Of a stretch of DNA of 64,000 nucleotides, positions 1 through 9,982 are shown in pieces; position 1 is the first letter of the stretch, and each line of letters begins with the position of its first letter. This DNA comes from Planctomycetota bacterium. GTDB lineage: Bacteria; Planctomycetota; UBA8108; UBA1146. The notes under the pieces are model-generated. The model was not told where the DNA came from. It was given only the letters and a program-made list of their open reading frames with translations, and ran no database searches. Location of the stretch: contig JAAZXB010000006.1 of assembly GCA_014240375.1 (NCBI GenBank), forward strand, positions 45,592 through 109,591. Reading direction: 5' to 3'. A program made the translations under genes and the position numbers.

Positions 1-585
1 CTGCCCTGTGATGTCAGCGATGACTGTCAGATCGAATCTCTCTTCGCTGCTGTCGATGAGAAGTGGGGCGGGCTCGACTTCCTCGTGCACTCGATTGGAT
101 TCGCCGACAAGGAGGATCTGGAGGGCTCCTACATCGACACCAGCCGTGAAGGTTGGCTGAAGGCTCATGATATCAGTGCATGGTCCTTCACCCGACTGGC
201 TCGAGAGGCCGCCAGCCGGATGGAAGCGGGATCATCGATGATCACCCTCAGTTATCTCGGGGCGCAGCGGGCGATGCGCGGATACAACGTCATGGGAGTG
301 GCCAAGGCGAGTCTCGAGGCGAGCATGAGATATCTGGCGATGGATCTCGGAGAACGAGACATCCGGGTCAACGCCATCAGCGCCGGACCGATTCAGACTC
401 TTGCAGCCCGGGGAATCAGTGGGTTTTCCGAGATCTTCGATGAGGTCGAGAAGAGAGCCGCACTCGGTCGAGGAGTGACCACCGAAGAGGTGGGAAATGC
501 AGCGACCTTCCTTCTCTCTCCGCTGGCCAGTGGAATCACCGGGGAAGTCATCTACGTCGACGGTGGTTTTCGGATGATGGGATAA
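1..585 (+). CDS. fabI: Enoyl-ACP reductase (5'-truncated by window edge)
   Basis: Frame is open from base 1 (LPCDVSDD...LDFLVHSIGFA); YNVMGVAKASLE, VNAISAGPIQTLAA and GITGEVIYVDGG are FabI motifs. Confidence 0.95.
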   Translation: MPCDVSDDCQIESLFAAVDEKWGGLDFLVHSIGFADKEDLEGSYIDTSREGWLKAHDISAWSFTRLAREAASRMEAGSSMITLSYLGAQRAMRGYNVMGVAKASLEASMRYLAMDLGERDIRVNAISAGPIQTLAARGISGFSEIFDEVEKRAALGRGVTTEEVGNAATFLLSPLASGITGEVIYVDGGFRMMG

Positions 586-592
586 ACGGGTC

Positions 593-2269
593 GTGCGCAT
601 CGCCATCGGACAGATCAACACTACCGTGGGAGATCTGGTCGGCAACTGCGACCGGATCGTCACTGCCGTGGAGAGTGCCTCCGCAGCCGGGGCGCAACTG
701 GTGCTCTTTCCGGAACTGGCGATCTGTGGCTATCCGCCGCTCGATCTGGTCACCAGGGAAGATTTCGTGGCTGCGGTCGAACGCGCCACCGACACCGTGG
801 CGAAGCGGTTGAAGGGGCAACCTCCGGTGGTCGTGGGGACGCTGCGTCGGAGTGACGAGGGTGCTGCCCGACCGGTTCATAACAGTACAGCCATCATCGA
901 GAATGGTGCCGTGGTGGCACATTCCGACAAGGTCTTGCTACCCACCTACGATGTTTTTGACGAGTCTCGTACCTTCGAGCCGGGGGGGGCGGTACAGGTC
1001 CATTCGATCGCTGGTCATGCGGTCGGCATCGCCATCTGTGAGGACCTCTGGACCGGTGATGTACCGGGGCAGATCAGTTATCGCCGCGACCCAGGGCAAG
1101 AGTTGATCGATGCCGGAGCAGAGATCATCCTGTGCCCTTCTGCCAGCCCCTATCGTCGAGGAAAGAGCGGCGTTCGCCGGGATCTATTTCGAGACCAGGC
1201 GGCTCGCTATGGAGTTCCGATCGTCCTGGCAAACCTGGTCGGCGGAAATACAGAACTGATCTTCGACGGTGCCAGCATGATGGCTCACCCCGATCGATCC
1301 TTTGAGCAGTTCTCCTCGTTTGAGGAACAGGTCGGTGTGGTCGGGCAGAAGCGTTCCGTTGAGGTCGATCTTGAGCCGGTGGAGGAGATCGCCAGTGCGC
1401 TGGTGCTGGGCATCCGCGATTACTTCCACAAGTGTCACATCGAGCGGGCGGTGCTGGGACTCTCCGGTGGCATCGATTCGGCGGTTTGCGCCTTGCTGGC
1501 GGTCGAGGCGCTGGGCGCAGATCAGGTGACGGGGATTACCATGCCAGGGCCCTACTCGTCGCCGGGAAGCCTCGAGGACTCGCGGGCTCTGGCGCAGAAT
1601 CTTGGTATCGCGCTGGAAGAGGTCGGCATCGACGCCTCTTATCAGACGCTGCGTTTGGCGATGGAGCCATTGCTCGGCGAGGGGGAGTGGGGAGTGGCGC
1701 AGGAAAACCTGCAGGCACGGATCCGCGGCACGATCCTGATGACCGTGGCCAACCGCCAGGGAGCGATGGTGCTGGCGACCGGTAACAAGTCAGAACTATC
1801 GGTGGGTTATTGCACTCTCTATGGAGATATGTGTGGAGGGCTGGCCCCGCTGGGAGATGTTCGAAAGCGCGAGGTGTACGCGATAGCCCAGCTGGAGCGT
1901 TTTCGAGGAAGGGTACCCCAGGAGACGATCGACAAGGCTCCATCCGCTGAACTGGCCCCCCGGCAGCGAGACGAGGACACTCTTCCTCCCTACCAGCAGC
2001 TCGATGATGTGCTCGAAGCGTGGGTCGAGGGACGCCAGTCGGGAGGTCAGATTCAGCAGCATGGTCACGATGCCGAGATGGTTCGGAGAGTGATCGGTCT
2101 GATCGAATCGAGCGAGCACAAGCGCCGCCAATCCGCTCCCATCTTGCGGGTCTCACCGCGGGCATTCGGGATGGGCCGAAGAGTTCCCATCGCTCGTTCG
2201 TTGTCTGGTTGGCAACTGGATGACCTCGATCGGAGTACTGCAGCAGGATCGGAACCAGGGAACGCCTGA
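593..2269 (+). CDS. nadE: Glutamine-dependent NAD+ synthetase
   Basis: N-terminal nitrilase domain (FPEL, K..LP.Y..FDE, ICEDLW); synthetase motifs GLSGGIDS, ENLQARIRG, TGNKSE, PSAEL. Confidence 0.95.
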   Translation: MRIAIGQINTTVGDLVGNCDRIVTAVESASAAGAQLVLFPELAICGYPPLDLVTREDFVAAVERATDTVAKRLKGQPPVVVGTLRRSDEGAARPVHNSTAIIENGAVVAHSDKVLLPTYDVFDESRTFEPGGAVQVHSIAGHAVGIAICEDLWTGDVPGQISYRRDPGQELIDAGAEIILCPSASPYRRGKSGVRRDLFRDQAARYGVPIVLANLVGGNTELIFDGASMMAHPDRSFEQFSSFEEQVGVVGQKRSVEVDLEPVEEIASALVLGIRDYFHKCHIERAVLGLSGGIDSAVCALLAVEALGADQVTGITMPGPYSSPGSLEDSRALAQNLGIALEEVGIDASYQTLRLAMEPLLGEGEWGVAQENLQARIRGTILMTVANRQGAMVLATGNKSELSVGYCTLYGDMCGGLAPLGDVRKREVYAIAQLERFRGRVPQETIDKAPSAELAPRQRDEDTLPPYQQLDDVLEAWVEGRQSGGQIQQHGHDAEMVRRVIGLIESSEHKRRQSAPILRVSPRAFGMGRRVPIARSLSGWQLDDLDRSTAAGSEPGNA

Positions 2270-2521
2270 AGCGTCGTTGAAGGAGCGAAGTGGAACCCCT
2301 TGCTACCGACTGAATTTGCCACGATGATCCACTCCGGACCCACAGGGCCTCGCGGTGTGATCTCCCCAGGTTTCGTCTGAGGTGTGGACCGCGAAGCCTC
2401 GTAGGTCCTTCGGATAGACAGACTGTTGCGACTCCGGATCGGGTCGATCCAGGAGGCAGAAGACTCATGAAGTCTCAGCTGATGCACGGATGGTCAGTTG
2501 AATGGATGGATGTAACTCCCG

Positions 2522-3811
2522 ATGGATGGGCAGACGACGAGCGAAAAAGCGATTCTCAAACTCGATGGCCAAGAGGTTGAACTTCCGGTGATCACCGGGT
2601 CCGAGGGAGAAAAAGGGATCGATATCAGTACCCTTCGGAAAACGAGTGGGTACATCACTCTCGATCCTGGCTACGTGAATACAGGGATGACCCGAAGTTC
2701 TATCTGCTTCATCGATGGAGAAGAGGGGATCCTCAGGTACCGTGGATACCCCATCGAACAGCTGGCAGCGAACTCGAACTTTGTCGAGACTTCATACCTG
2801 CTGATTCACGGAGAACTCCCCAATCCAGAGGAGTACGAGCGGTTCCGCCAGAGCCTTCGTCATCATTCGATGATCCATGAGGATATGCGTCACTTTTACG
2901 AGGGGTTCCCATCCTCTGCGCACCCGATGGCGATCCTTTCTGCGATGGTGTTGGGACTTTCGACCTTCTACACCGAAAACGAAGATCCCGAGCAAGACGA
3001 CAACATCGATCTGACCGTTTGCAGACTGTTGTCCAAGGTCAGAACTCTGGCTGCTTTCTCATTCAAGAAGTCGATCGGTCAGCCATTTGTCTATCCCGAC
3101 AACTCGCTCTCTTACTGCGGTAACTTTCTTCACATGATGTTCAGGGTCCCGGCAGAGCCTTACCATGTGGATCCAGAAGTGGAACGTGCTCTCAACTTGT
3201 TGCTGATTCTTCATGCAGATCATGAGCAGAACTGTTCCACGGCCACGGTTCGGATGGCCGGGAGCGCCATGACAAACCTCTATGCGTGCATTGCTGCGGG
3301 GATCACGGCACTCTGGGGATCTCGACATGGCGGCGCAAACCAGGCTGTCCTCGAGCAACTTGCGACCATCCACGAGAATGATGGAGATGTGTCGCGCTTC
3401 GTTAAACTGGCCAAGGACAAGAACTCTTCGGTACGTCTGATGGGCTTCGGGCATCGTGTGTACAAGAACTACGACCCCCGGGCCAAGATCATCAAGGAAG
3501 CATGTGATCGGCTGCTGGACCATCTCGGTGTTCAGGATCCGCTGCTTGAGATCGCCAGGAAACTGGAAGAAGTGGCACTCAACGATTCGTACTTCATCGA
3601 CAGGAACCTGTATCCAAATGTCGATTTCTACTCGGGCATCATGTACCGCGCCATTGGCATCCCGAACGATATGTTCACCGTGATGTTTGCCCTGGGGAGG
3701 TTGCCCGGTTGGATCGCTCACTGGACCGAGATGCGACAGGATCCCGATGATCGTATTCACCGTCCGAGGCAGATCTACACCGGAGCCCGGTTACGAGATT
3801 ATCCGGTCTAG
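2522..3811 (+). CDS. gltA: Citrate synthase (type II)
   Basis: LDPGY, HADHEQNCST, HGGAN, RLMGFGHRVYKNYDPRA, YPNVDFYSG. Confidence 0.97.
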   Translation: MDGQTTSEKAILKLDGQEVELPVITGSEGEKGIDISTLRKTSGYITLDPGYVNTGMTRSSICFIDGEEGILRYRGYPIEQLAANSNFVETSYLLIHGELPNPEEYERFRQSLRHHSMIHEDMRHFYEGFPSSAHPMAILSAMVLGLSTFYTENEDPEQDDNIDLTVCRLLSKVRTLAAFSFKKSIGQPFVYPDNSLSYCGNFLHMMFRVPAEPYHVDPEVERALNLLLILHADHEQNCSTATVRMAGSAMTNLYACIAAGITALWGSRHGGANQAVLEQLATIHENDGDVSRFVKLAKDKNSSVRLMGFGHRVYKNYDPRAKIIKEACDRLLDHLGVQDPLLEIARKLEEVALNDSYFIDRNLYPNVDFYSGIMYRAIGIPNDMFTVMFALGRLPGWIAHWTEMRQDPDDRIHRPRQIYTGARLRDYPV

Positions 3812-3817
3812 TACAGG

Positions 3818-4249
3818 TCAAGAACCTTCGATCCAGGCGACGGTTCCATCTTGATACTGTTCATGCTTCCAGATGGGGACGTCTGCTTTGATCCGCTCCA
3901 TTCCCTGTTCGAGGAGTCCAAAACCATCCCTTCGATGGGCCAGTGAAACTCCCAGCAAGATACTGGTCTCGCCAACTTCCAGGGTGCCGAGTCGATGGAT
4001 CGCCAAGGCACGGTGAGCTCCGGCTTCGACCAACGATGCGGTGATACGGGTGAGTTGTTTTCGTGCCATCGATTCGTGGGCATGGTAATCGATGCGGATC
4101 ACCGATTGCCCTCGGTTGGTATCACGGACATTTCCGCAGAAGAGGAGTACCGCACCGCAGCCGGGCTCGCCCAGCCAGCGGGTGTATTTCTCCACCGGGA
4201 TCGGCTCATTTACCAGCTGGGCCAGGTGGCATTCCTGTGGATCGGGCAT
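3818..4249 (-). CDS. moaE: Molybdopterin synthase catalytic subunit
   Basis: GAVLLFCGNVR, HRLGTLEVGE, HRRDGF, K..VPIWKHE; adjacent to moaD. Confidence 0.93.
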   Translation of the reverse strand: MPDPQECHLAQLVNEPIPVEKYTRWLGEPGCGAVLLFCGNVRDTNRGQSVIRIDYHAHESMARKQLTRITASLVEAGAHRALAIHRLGTLEVGETSILLGVSLAHRRDGFGLLEQGMERIKADVPIWKHEQYQDGTVAWIEGS

Positions 4250-4251
4250 CC

Positions 4252-4500
4252 TTATCCGCCGCTGACCGGAGGAATCAACGCCACCTCTGATCCAGCGAAA
4301 ATGCGATCGTCGGGGGAGCAGAAGCGATCATCGACCGCTACCCGGGTGTTCGGAAGACGGTCGGCAAGGGGTGGGAACTGCTCGCTGATCGCCTCGACCA
4401 GGTCACTGACCGATGCATCTTCCGGCAAATCGACAGTGATGTGATCGGCCCGAGCGAGATCTTTCAGTGAGGCAAAGAGCAGGACTTCGATTTGCATCAT
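4252..4500 (-). CDS. moaD: Molybdopterin synthase sulfur carrier
   Basis: VLLFASLKD...EVALIPPVSGG with C-terminal GG; start moved to ATG 4500 after a GGGAGA RBS. Confidence 0.93.
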   Translation of the reverse strand: MMQIEVLLFASLKDLARADHITVDLPEDASVSDLVEAISEQFPPLADRLPNTRVAVDDRFCSPDDRIFAGSEVALIPPVSGG

Positions 4501-4590
4501 GGATCTCCCGACAAGTGTTCCGACCATCCAGTTTTGTTCATCATGACCAGCATCGACGGTCGTGGGGATGGTGTCAAGAGACTCACATGC

Positions 4591-4626
4591 TGGACCGGAT
4601 GGTGGACCGGATGGCGGACCGGATGG
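4591..4626. repeat. 12-bp tandem repeat x3 (TGGACCGGATGG)
   Basis: Read directly; intergenic. Confidence 0.9.
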
Positions 4627-4647
4627 CGTCTGGCGATGTGGGAGGTG

Positions 4648-5988
4648 TCACCGATTCTGCTGCCAACTTCGCCAGTCGGAAACTTCCACTGCTCGCTTTG
4701 ACTCTGGAGCAAATTTCCAGAAGTGGGGATTGATGATGGTGGGATGCGAACTGACACGGGAGAGCGCTGTGGCAGCCGCACTCCTGAGGTTCCCGTCGGA
4801 ACTCTCCAGCAAATCGATGAGTCGAGGGTACAGGTTGGGAGCCATGCGATACTCGGGGAAATTGGTACAGATCGCCAGTTTGACCTCGAGTGAGCCGGAT
4901 ATGAGTTGCTGCTCGATACGCTGGAGCCAGTCATTGCGAGTGACTCTGTTCAGTCTGGATCGGGACCGCAGGATGAGCCGTGTTGCACTGGACCAGGCCC
5001 ATACTTGGCCTTCAGGGTCGGCGGACGCCAGTTCCAGATCGATCGCTTCGAGCAATCTTTGCCCATCGATCCGGTACCCTCTGAGCGCCTGATCGATGAC
5101 CCAGCGACTGTGATGATCCTGTTCAAGGTGTTCCCGCAGTTGAGTCTGAAGGGATGGAGTGATCGCTTGGATGACCGCCGGAATCTGTTCGATGATCTGT
5201 TCGTCTTCCAGTTTTAATACTTCATCCAGGCGTTGTTCCAGTGTCCCTTGCTGTTGGCCTTGCAGGGTCCAGAAGAGGGCCCAGGCGATGGCGTACCTCT
5301 TGGCCAGATCGCCGTCGTCTCGGTAGAAGCCGTGCCAGTTCTCCGAGATGATCCGCCGAGCCAGTTGGGTAAAGTTTGCCCTGCCCAGATTAGAAAGAGC
5401 GCTTCTCGCGATCTGATATTGCATCGGGTGAAGGGGCGGGACCTGGAACTGTCCCTGTGCATCGAGGTATGAAATTTCCAGAGAACAGGCGATCGCCTCG
5501 GCCAACCACCAGGTCGATCGAATCCGCTGGTCGTCAGATGTGAAGTGATGAGCGAGTTCGTGGAGAAGTGTGCGGTGCTCCTTCGGATCGGGTTGGTTCG
5601 GCAGGAGTAATTTTTCTGCCGGAGGAGTCGGAGTGAATTGAATCAGCGATAAGGTGTGATTATACCAGCCTGCGGTTCTGGTCTGGTCCTCGTGAATGAT
5701 CCGATCATCATCGTTCTGGACCAGAAGAATCGATGTGGAACCTATTCCTTCAGAGTTGTTGGGGAGAACCTGTTGTAGTCCTTCCTTCATCCAGCGGAGA
5801 TCCTCTTGATATTGGCGAGCGAGTTGAAGATTGCCATTGGTCCAGAGGGTGCCGACCGCGGTTTCCACGCGATGCTTGTAGAGGAGCCCGCAGCCGCACT
5901 GACCGAGAAGAAGTACCGCGATCAGTAAGGCCAGGAGCGTCCTGGCGCCGGTCCCAGCAGGAAGAGTGTCAGCGATTCGACTCACCAT
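4648..5988 (-). CDS. Exported gluzincin-type Zn metallopeptidase (DUF1570/MA-like) with C-terminal HEAT-like repeats
   Basis: Hydrophobic N-terminus ending LLGQCGCG; LLHELAHHF plus downstream WWLAEAIA; LIDLLESSDGNLRSAAATALSRV HEAT-like; ATG 5988 overlaps the upstream stop. Confidence 0.65.
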   Translation of the reverse strand: MVSRIADTLPAGTGARTLLALLIAVLLLGQCGCGLLYKHRVETAVGTLWTNGNLQLARQYQEDLRWMKEGLQQVLPNNSEGIGSTSILLVQNDDDRIIHEDQTRTAGWYNHTLSLIQFTPTPPAEKLLLPNQPDPKEHRTLLHELAHHFTSDDQRIRSTWWLAEAIACSLEISYLDAQGQFQVPPLHPMQYQIARSALSNLGRANFTQLARRIISENWHGFYRDDGDLAKRYAIAWALFWTLQGQQQGTLEQRLDEVLKLEDEQIIEQIPAVIQAITPSLQTQLREHLEQDHHSRWVIDQALRGYRIDGQRLLEAIDLELASADPEGQVWAWSSATRLILRSRSRLNRVTRNDWLQRIEQQLISGSLEVKLAICTNFPEYRMAPNLYPRLIDLLESSDGNLRSAAATALSRVSSHPTIINPHFWKFAPESKRAVEVSDWRSWQQNR

Positions 5989-6530
5989 GATCTCCAGTTC
6001 CTCAACGGCATTCCTGAACCGAGATAGGTCAACTTGTGTTCGAACTGGTGAGGGGATGTCTCTGATCTTCTCCAAATCAGATAGGCGATGCGTTGGCCAC
6101 GAAACCGAGCACCTCTGTTTCTGAAGTGGTAGTGAAGTTCGTAGAGAGGGATCCCTTCATGATCGGGATTCTCGAACTGAAAGTTATTTTCCAGGATGTG
6201 ATCTTGCGACCAGCGATAAAAGTCCTGCTCCCGTGAAGAGTCTTCGATGGAGACCGTGAAGTGGATCACATCTTTTTCTCGAGAAAACTCGGAGACCGAG
6301 ATCGCATGGGGCCGCAGCAAGGTGGCTGAACAGCCAGTGAGAAGCAGCAGGGTTACACTCATCAACGGGAGCGAGAGAAAACTGTAAGTTCCGACGAGAC
6401 CTGAGTGCGTAGGGGATGAGTGCGTAGGGGATGAGTGCGTAGGGGATGAGTGCGTAGGGGATGAGTGGCCACGAATTCGCGGGGGCTTCGAGCGCTGCAC
6501 GAGTTGAGAAGGGACCACAGGCCAGTTCAT
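5982..6530 (-). CDS. Hypothetical lipoprotein (true start may be ATG 6362)
   Basis: MSVTLLLLTGC lipobox; stop overlaps the next gene's start. Confidence 0.6.
   Translation of the reverse strand: MNWPVVPSQLVQRSKPPRIRGHSSPTHSSPTHSSPTHSSPTHSGLVGTYSFLSLPLMSVTLLLLTGCSATLLRPHAISVSEFSREKDVIHFTVSIEDSSREQDFYRWSQDHILENNFQFENPDHEGIPLYELHYHFRNRGARFRGQRIAYLIWRRSETSPHQFEHKLTYLGSGMPLRNWRSW
6402..6467. repeat. 15-bp tandem repeat x4.4 (TGAGTGCGTAGGGGA)
   Basis: Read directly; encodes HSSPT repeats if the long start is used. Confidence 0.92.
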
Positions 6531-6687
6531 GATCAGGCTCCATAAAAGTTCTCGAAGAGTATCTTGGGTTTACGTGTCGTCGATGTTACCACGGCGACAC
6601 CATGACGAGGAACGGATGGGTTTTTAGTTGGCTGGAATCGAATAGCCATGCTGGTTCTCGACAGGATCATCCTGAGGAGGGGGACGC

Positions 6688-8202
6688 TTGAGCCACCAGA
6701 ACAGTACCGAAGGGAAGAACCGAAGGGTTCGGGTCGGGGCCATCCTGCTGGGGCCGATCCTGGCCATAGCGGCCTACCACGCGGCTCCGGCAGAGTTCTC
6801 CGAAGCGGCTCGTGGAACACTTCTGGTGACGGTCTGGACCGTCACCTGGTGGGTCACCGAAGCGATTCCGATCCCTGCGGCCTCGTTACTCCCTGCAGTT
6901 CTGTTGCCGTTGATGGGAGTATGTAAGGCATCGGTGGCGGCCAAGTATTACTCGCATCATCTGATCTTGCTGTTGCTGGGTGGGTTCTTTCTGGCGAAAG
7001 CGGTCGAATGTTCCGGCCTCCATCGGCGAATTGCGCTGGCGACCTTGACCACGGTCGGCACATCCCCTCGTCGCCTGGCGTTCGGGTTTTTGATCACATC
7101 GGCGATGCTCTCGATGTGGATCTCCAACACTTCGACGACACTGATGCTGATGCCGATCGCCATCTCCGTGGCCAGGAGAACAACAAAAGAAATGAAAAGT
7201 GGGGGAGCAGCATTCACGACCTGCTTGCTCCTTTGCACGGCATATGGCGCTAATGTCGGAGGAATCGGTACGCTCATCGGTACCCCTCCTAACCTGATTT
7301 TCACCAAGAATGCGGAGGAATTGATTCCGCCAGTGAACATCGACTTCCTTCACTGGCTTCAGTTCGGACTGCCGATGGTGATCATCTTCATACCGATCAT
7401 CGGGTTCTTGATGACGAGATTCTTGCTTCCTCTGGCCCCGGGGACTTCCACAAGTGGCAGGGAATCACTTCTAGAAGAGAGAAGATCTCTCGGGAAGATG
7501 TCATCAGCGGAAGTCAGGGTGCTGGTAGTCTTCATCTGCACTGCACTGCTCTGGATGACCCGAGGGGGAGCGGGTTTTTCGGGTTGGAGCGGCGTGGTGG
7601 GAGGTTGGATGGGTATGGCTGAGGGATCTGCCCACGAGTATCTCAACGATTCTTTCGTGGCACTGGTGGCTGGCATATCGCTGTTCTTGATCCCCGGGAG
7701 GAGGGGCGGAGCACCGTTACTGGACTGGGATCAGGCAAAAGAGGTTCCGTGGGGGATGCTGCTACTGTTCGGCGGAGGATTTGCCATCGGAGGTGCTTTT
7801 CAACAGAGTGAGCTCTCCAGTCACTTCGGCAAGTGGATGGCCCAGTGGGTCGACCTCCCCTTCGCGGGAATCGTGGTGACGATCTCGTTGGCGACGACAT
7901 TCCTCACTGAGGTCACTTCCAACACCGCATCGATGCATGTTTTGATGCCGATTCTGAAGGAAGCAGCTCTTGAGGGAGGAATCGCACCGATTCACATGAT
8001 GCTGCCAGCGGTACTCTCGGTCTCCTGTGCCTTCATGCTACCGGTGGCGACCGCACCCAATGCGATAGTGTTTTCGACCGGCAAGGTGCAGATCCGAACG
8101 ATGATCCGCTGTGGTGTGGTGTTGAATCTGGTGGGGGCCCTGGTGGTCCTGCTGGTGACCTTGATCACCCAGGCCTTGAACTGGATGCCCGGTGCTACCT
8201 GA
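6688..8202 (+). CDS. SLC13/DASS family Na+:di/tricarboxylate or sulfate symporter
   Basis: WWVTEAIP, LSMWISNTST, GGIGTLIGTPPN, TEVTSNTA, AFMLPVATAPNAI. Confidence 0.93.
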   Translation: MSHQNSTEGKNRRVRVGAILLGPILAIAAYHAAPAEFSEAARGTLLVTVWTVTWWVTEAIPIPAASLLPAVLLPLMGVCKASVAAKYYSHHLILLLLGGFFLAKAVECSGLHRRIALATLTTVGTSPRRLAFGFLITSAMLSMWISNTSTTLMLMPIAISVARRTTKEMKSGGAAFTTCLLLCTAYGANVGGIGTLIGTPPNLIFTKNAEELIPPVNIDFLHWLQFGLPMVIIFIPIIGFLMTRFLLPLAPGTSTSGRESLLEERRSLGKMSSAEVRVLVVFICTALLWMTRGGAGFSGWSGVVGGWMGMAEGSAHEYLNDSFVALVAGISLFLIPGRRGGAPLLDWDQAKEVPWGMLLLFGGGFAIGGAFQQSELSSHFGKWMAQWVDLPFAGIVVTISLATTFLTEVTSNTASMHVLMPILKEAALEGGIAPIHMMLPAVLSVSCAFMLPVATAPNAIVFSTGKVQIRTMIRCGVVLNLVGALVVLLVTLITQALNWMPGAT

Positions 8203-8216
8203 GCAATTCCATCGAA

Positions 8217-8891
8217 TTACACCTCGCCTTTTTTTTTCAGATCATCGAAGGCCTCGATCAAGTGCTGGAGTTTTCGGCTAGCCTGCTCTACCTGGGCAGG
8301 ATCGGCGTGCTGTAACTTGTCGGGATGGTTGGCTCGGATCAACTGCTGGAATCGGGCACGGATCTGTTCTGCGGTAGCGTCCACTGGAAGTTCGAGGACG
8401 CGATAAGGATGGGGTAAAGCCTCTCCCGATGGGTCTTTGAGACGTGCGCCGATGGCAGGGCCTTGCTCGGTGCCAACCGGAACTTCCTTGTCAGGCGAAT
8501 CCGAACCAGCGGAGGCGGGAGGCCTGATCCACTTCATCCACTGACCGATGCGACCCCACAGAGAATGAGAGTATCTATCGTCTCCATCACCTTCGAATAC
8601 AGCCCGCCGCTCATCGCCGTGCTGGTGGTGCCATCTCTGGATCTCGAGGAAGTCCTCAGGGGCGAGCGGTTCTATCCAACCGAAGAGCCAGTCGATCAGA
8701 GAGATCTCCTTGGCCGGAGAGCAGTATGTTGCACCATTGGTCAACTTCTCGATGCGATTCTGCTTGCGGCAAGATGGACAGTTGTAGATTCGATAGGGGC
8801 CGCCTGAATCCTGAGTTCGTCCCCGGATGATTCCGTCCCTGGTGATTTGATCCGCTGCTAGTGGAGCCCTGCATGCCCAGCATTGGATCAT
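8217..8891 (-). CDS. J-domain protein with N-terminal Zn-ribbon
   Basis: C-terminal PYRVLEL...NHPDK J-domain; N-terminal CWAC...CPSC. Confidence 0.8.
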   Translation of the reverse strand: MIQCWACRAPLAADQITRDGIIRGRTQDSGGPYRIYNCPSCRKQNRIEKLTNGATYCSPAKEISLIDWLFGWIEPLAPEDFLEIQRWHHQHGDERRAVFEGDGDDRYSHSLWGRIGQWMKWIRPPASAGSDSPDKEVPVGTEQGPAIGARLKDPSGEALPHPYRVLELPVDATAEQIRARFQQLIRANHPDKLQHADPAQVEQASRKLQHLIEAFDDLKKKGEV

Positions 8892-9982
8892 CGAGTTTGC
8901 TCATCGGGCAATATGGCCATGCAATCTCCATAGGAGTAGAAACGCATTCCGAGGTCGATTGCTCGCTGGTAGTGGGAGAGTGTGCGGCGGTGCCCGAGGA
9001 AGGAGCAGACCAGTACCAGCAAGGAAGATCGAGGAAGATGGAAATTAGTGATCAATCCGTCGACATGTTCGAACGGATGCCCTGGCAAGATGGTCAGAGC
9101 TGTTTCCGCCTCGAGTTCAGGGCCCTTTTCAATTTTACCGATGCTCTCGAGAACCCGGAGGCTGGTGGTACCGACTGCGATGATCTTGCGGCCATCGGCC
9201 CTTGCCATCGCCAGAGCACTGCGGCTCTCCTCGCTGACGAAGTACCACTCGGGATCGACCCTGTGCTGGTGGATCTGATCGACCTCGATCGGCTTGAAGG
9301 TACCGGGCCCAACATGAAGAGTGATCGGAACGATCTGAACACCCTTCTCCTCCAGTCTAGATCTGAGTAGGTCATCGAAATGGAGACCTGCAGTGGGAGC
9401 GGCAACGGCACCCGGCTGACGGGCGAAGATGGTCTGATAGCGTTGGGGATCAAGATTTTGCAGGCGTTGATCCTGCTCGTCTCTCTCGATGTAAGGCGGA
9501 AGAGGGACCTCTCCAATTTGCTCGAGCACTTGCTCGGAGCCGAGATCCACGATCCAGCCCGAACCTCGCCTCTCGATCACTTTCAGCGGCGGACCACTCG
9601 TCTCGAGAATCTCGCCCGCTTGGATTCTTCGGGATGGAGAGAGCCATGATTGCCATCTGCCGTGCCCCAGAGGTCTCAACAGAAAGGCTTCAATCGCTCC
9701 ACCACTTTGACGGCGGCAACGAATCCGTGCGGGCAGAACCCGGGTGTCATTGACCACCAGGATCTCATCTCCGACCATGCGATCGACGAGGGTGTGAAAT
9801 GGGGCTTCGACTGCATCGTCCGAATTTTGTGAGCAGAAGAGGCAGCGAGATGCGGATCGTTCCGGTGCCGGTTCTTGAGCGATCAGGCGGGTTGGCAACT
9901 CGAAATGGTAACTGGAGATCAGAGAGCCATCCCCGGGAGAATCGGGGAGGCCGTCTCCGTCAATCCTCGTCGTCCTCGTCAT
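8888..9982 (-). CDS. queA: S-adenosylmethionine:tRNA ribosyltransferase-isomerase
   Basis: YHFELP..LIAQEP, VVNDTRVLPAR, PLPPYI, AAPTAGLHF, LHVGPGTF, TNFHLPRSSLL, FYSYGD; start uncertain, the ORF-track extension is spurious. Confidence 0.95.
   Translation of the reverse strand: MTRTTRIDGDGLPDSPGDGSLISSYHFELPTRLIAQEPAPERSASRCLFCSQNSDDAVEAPFHTLVDRMVGDEILVVNDTRVLPARIRCRRQSGGAIEAFLLRPLGHGRWQSWLSPSRRIQAGEILETSGPPLKVIERRGSGWIVDLGSEQVLEQIGEVPLPPYIERDEQDQRLQNLDPQRYQTIFARQPGAVAAPTAGLHFDDLLRSRLEEKGVQIVPITLHVGPGTFKPIEVDQIHQHRVDPEWYFVSEESRSALAMARADGRKIIAVGTTSLRVLESIGKIEKGPELEAETALTILPGHPFEHVDGLITNFHLPRSSLLVLVCSFLGHRRTLSHYQRAIDLGMRFYSYGDCMAILPDEQTR

Noticed and set aside
2290-2305. Sigma54 promoter upstream of gltA
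   Set aside because: GG-to-GC spacing is 8, not 10
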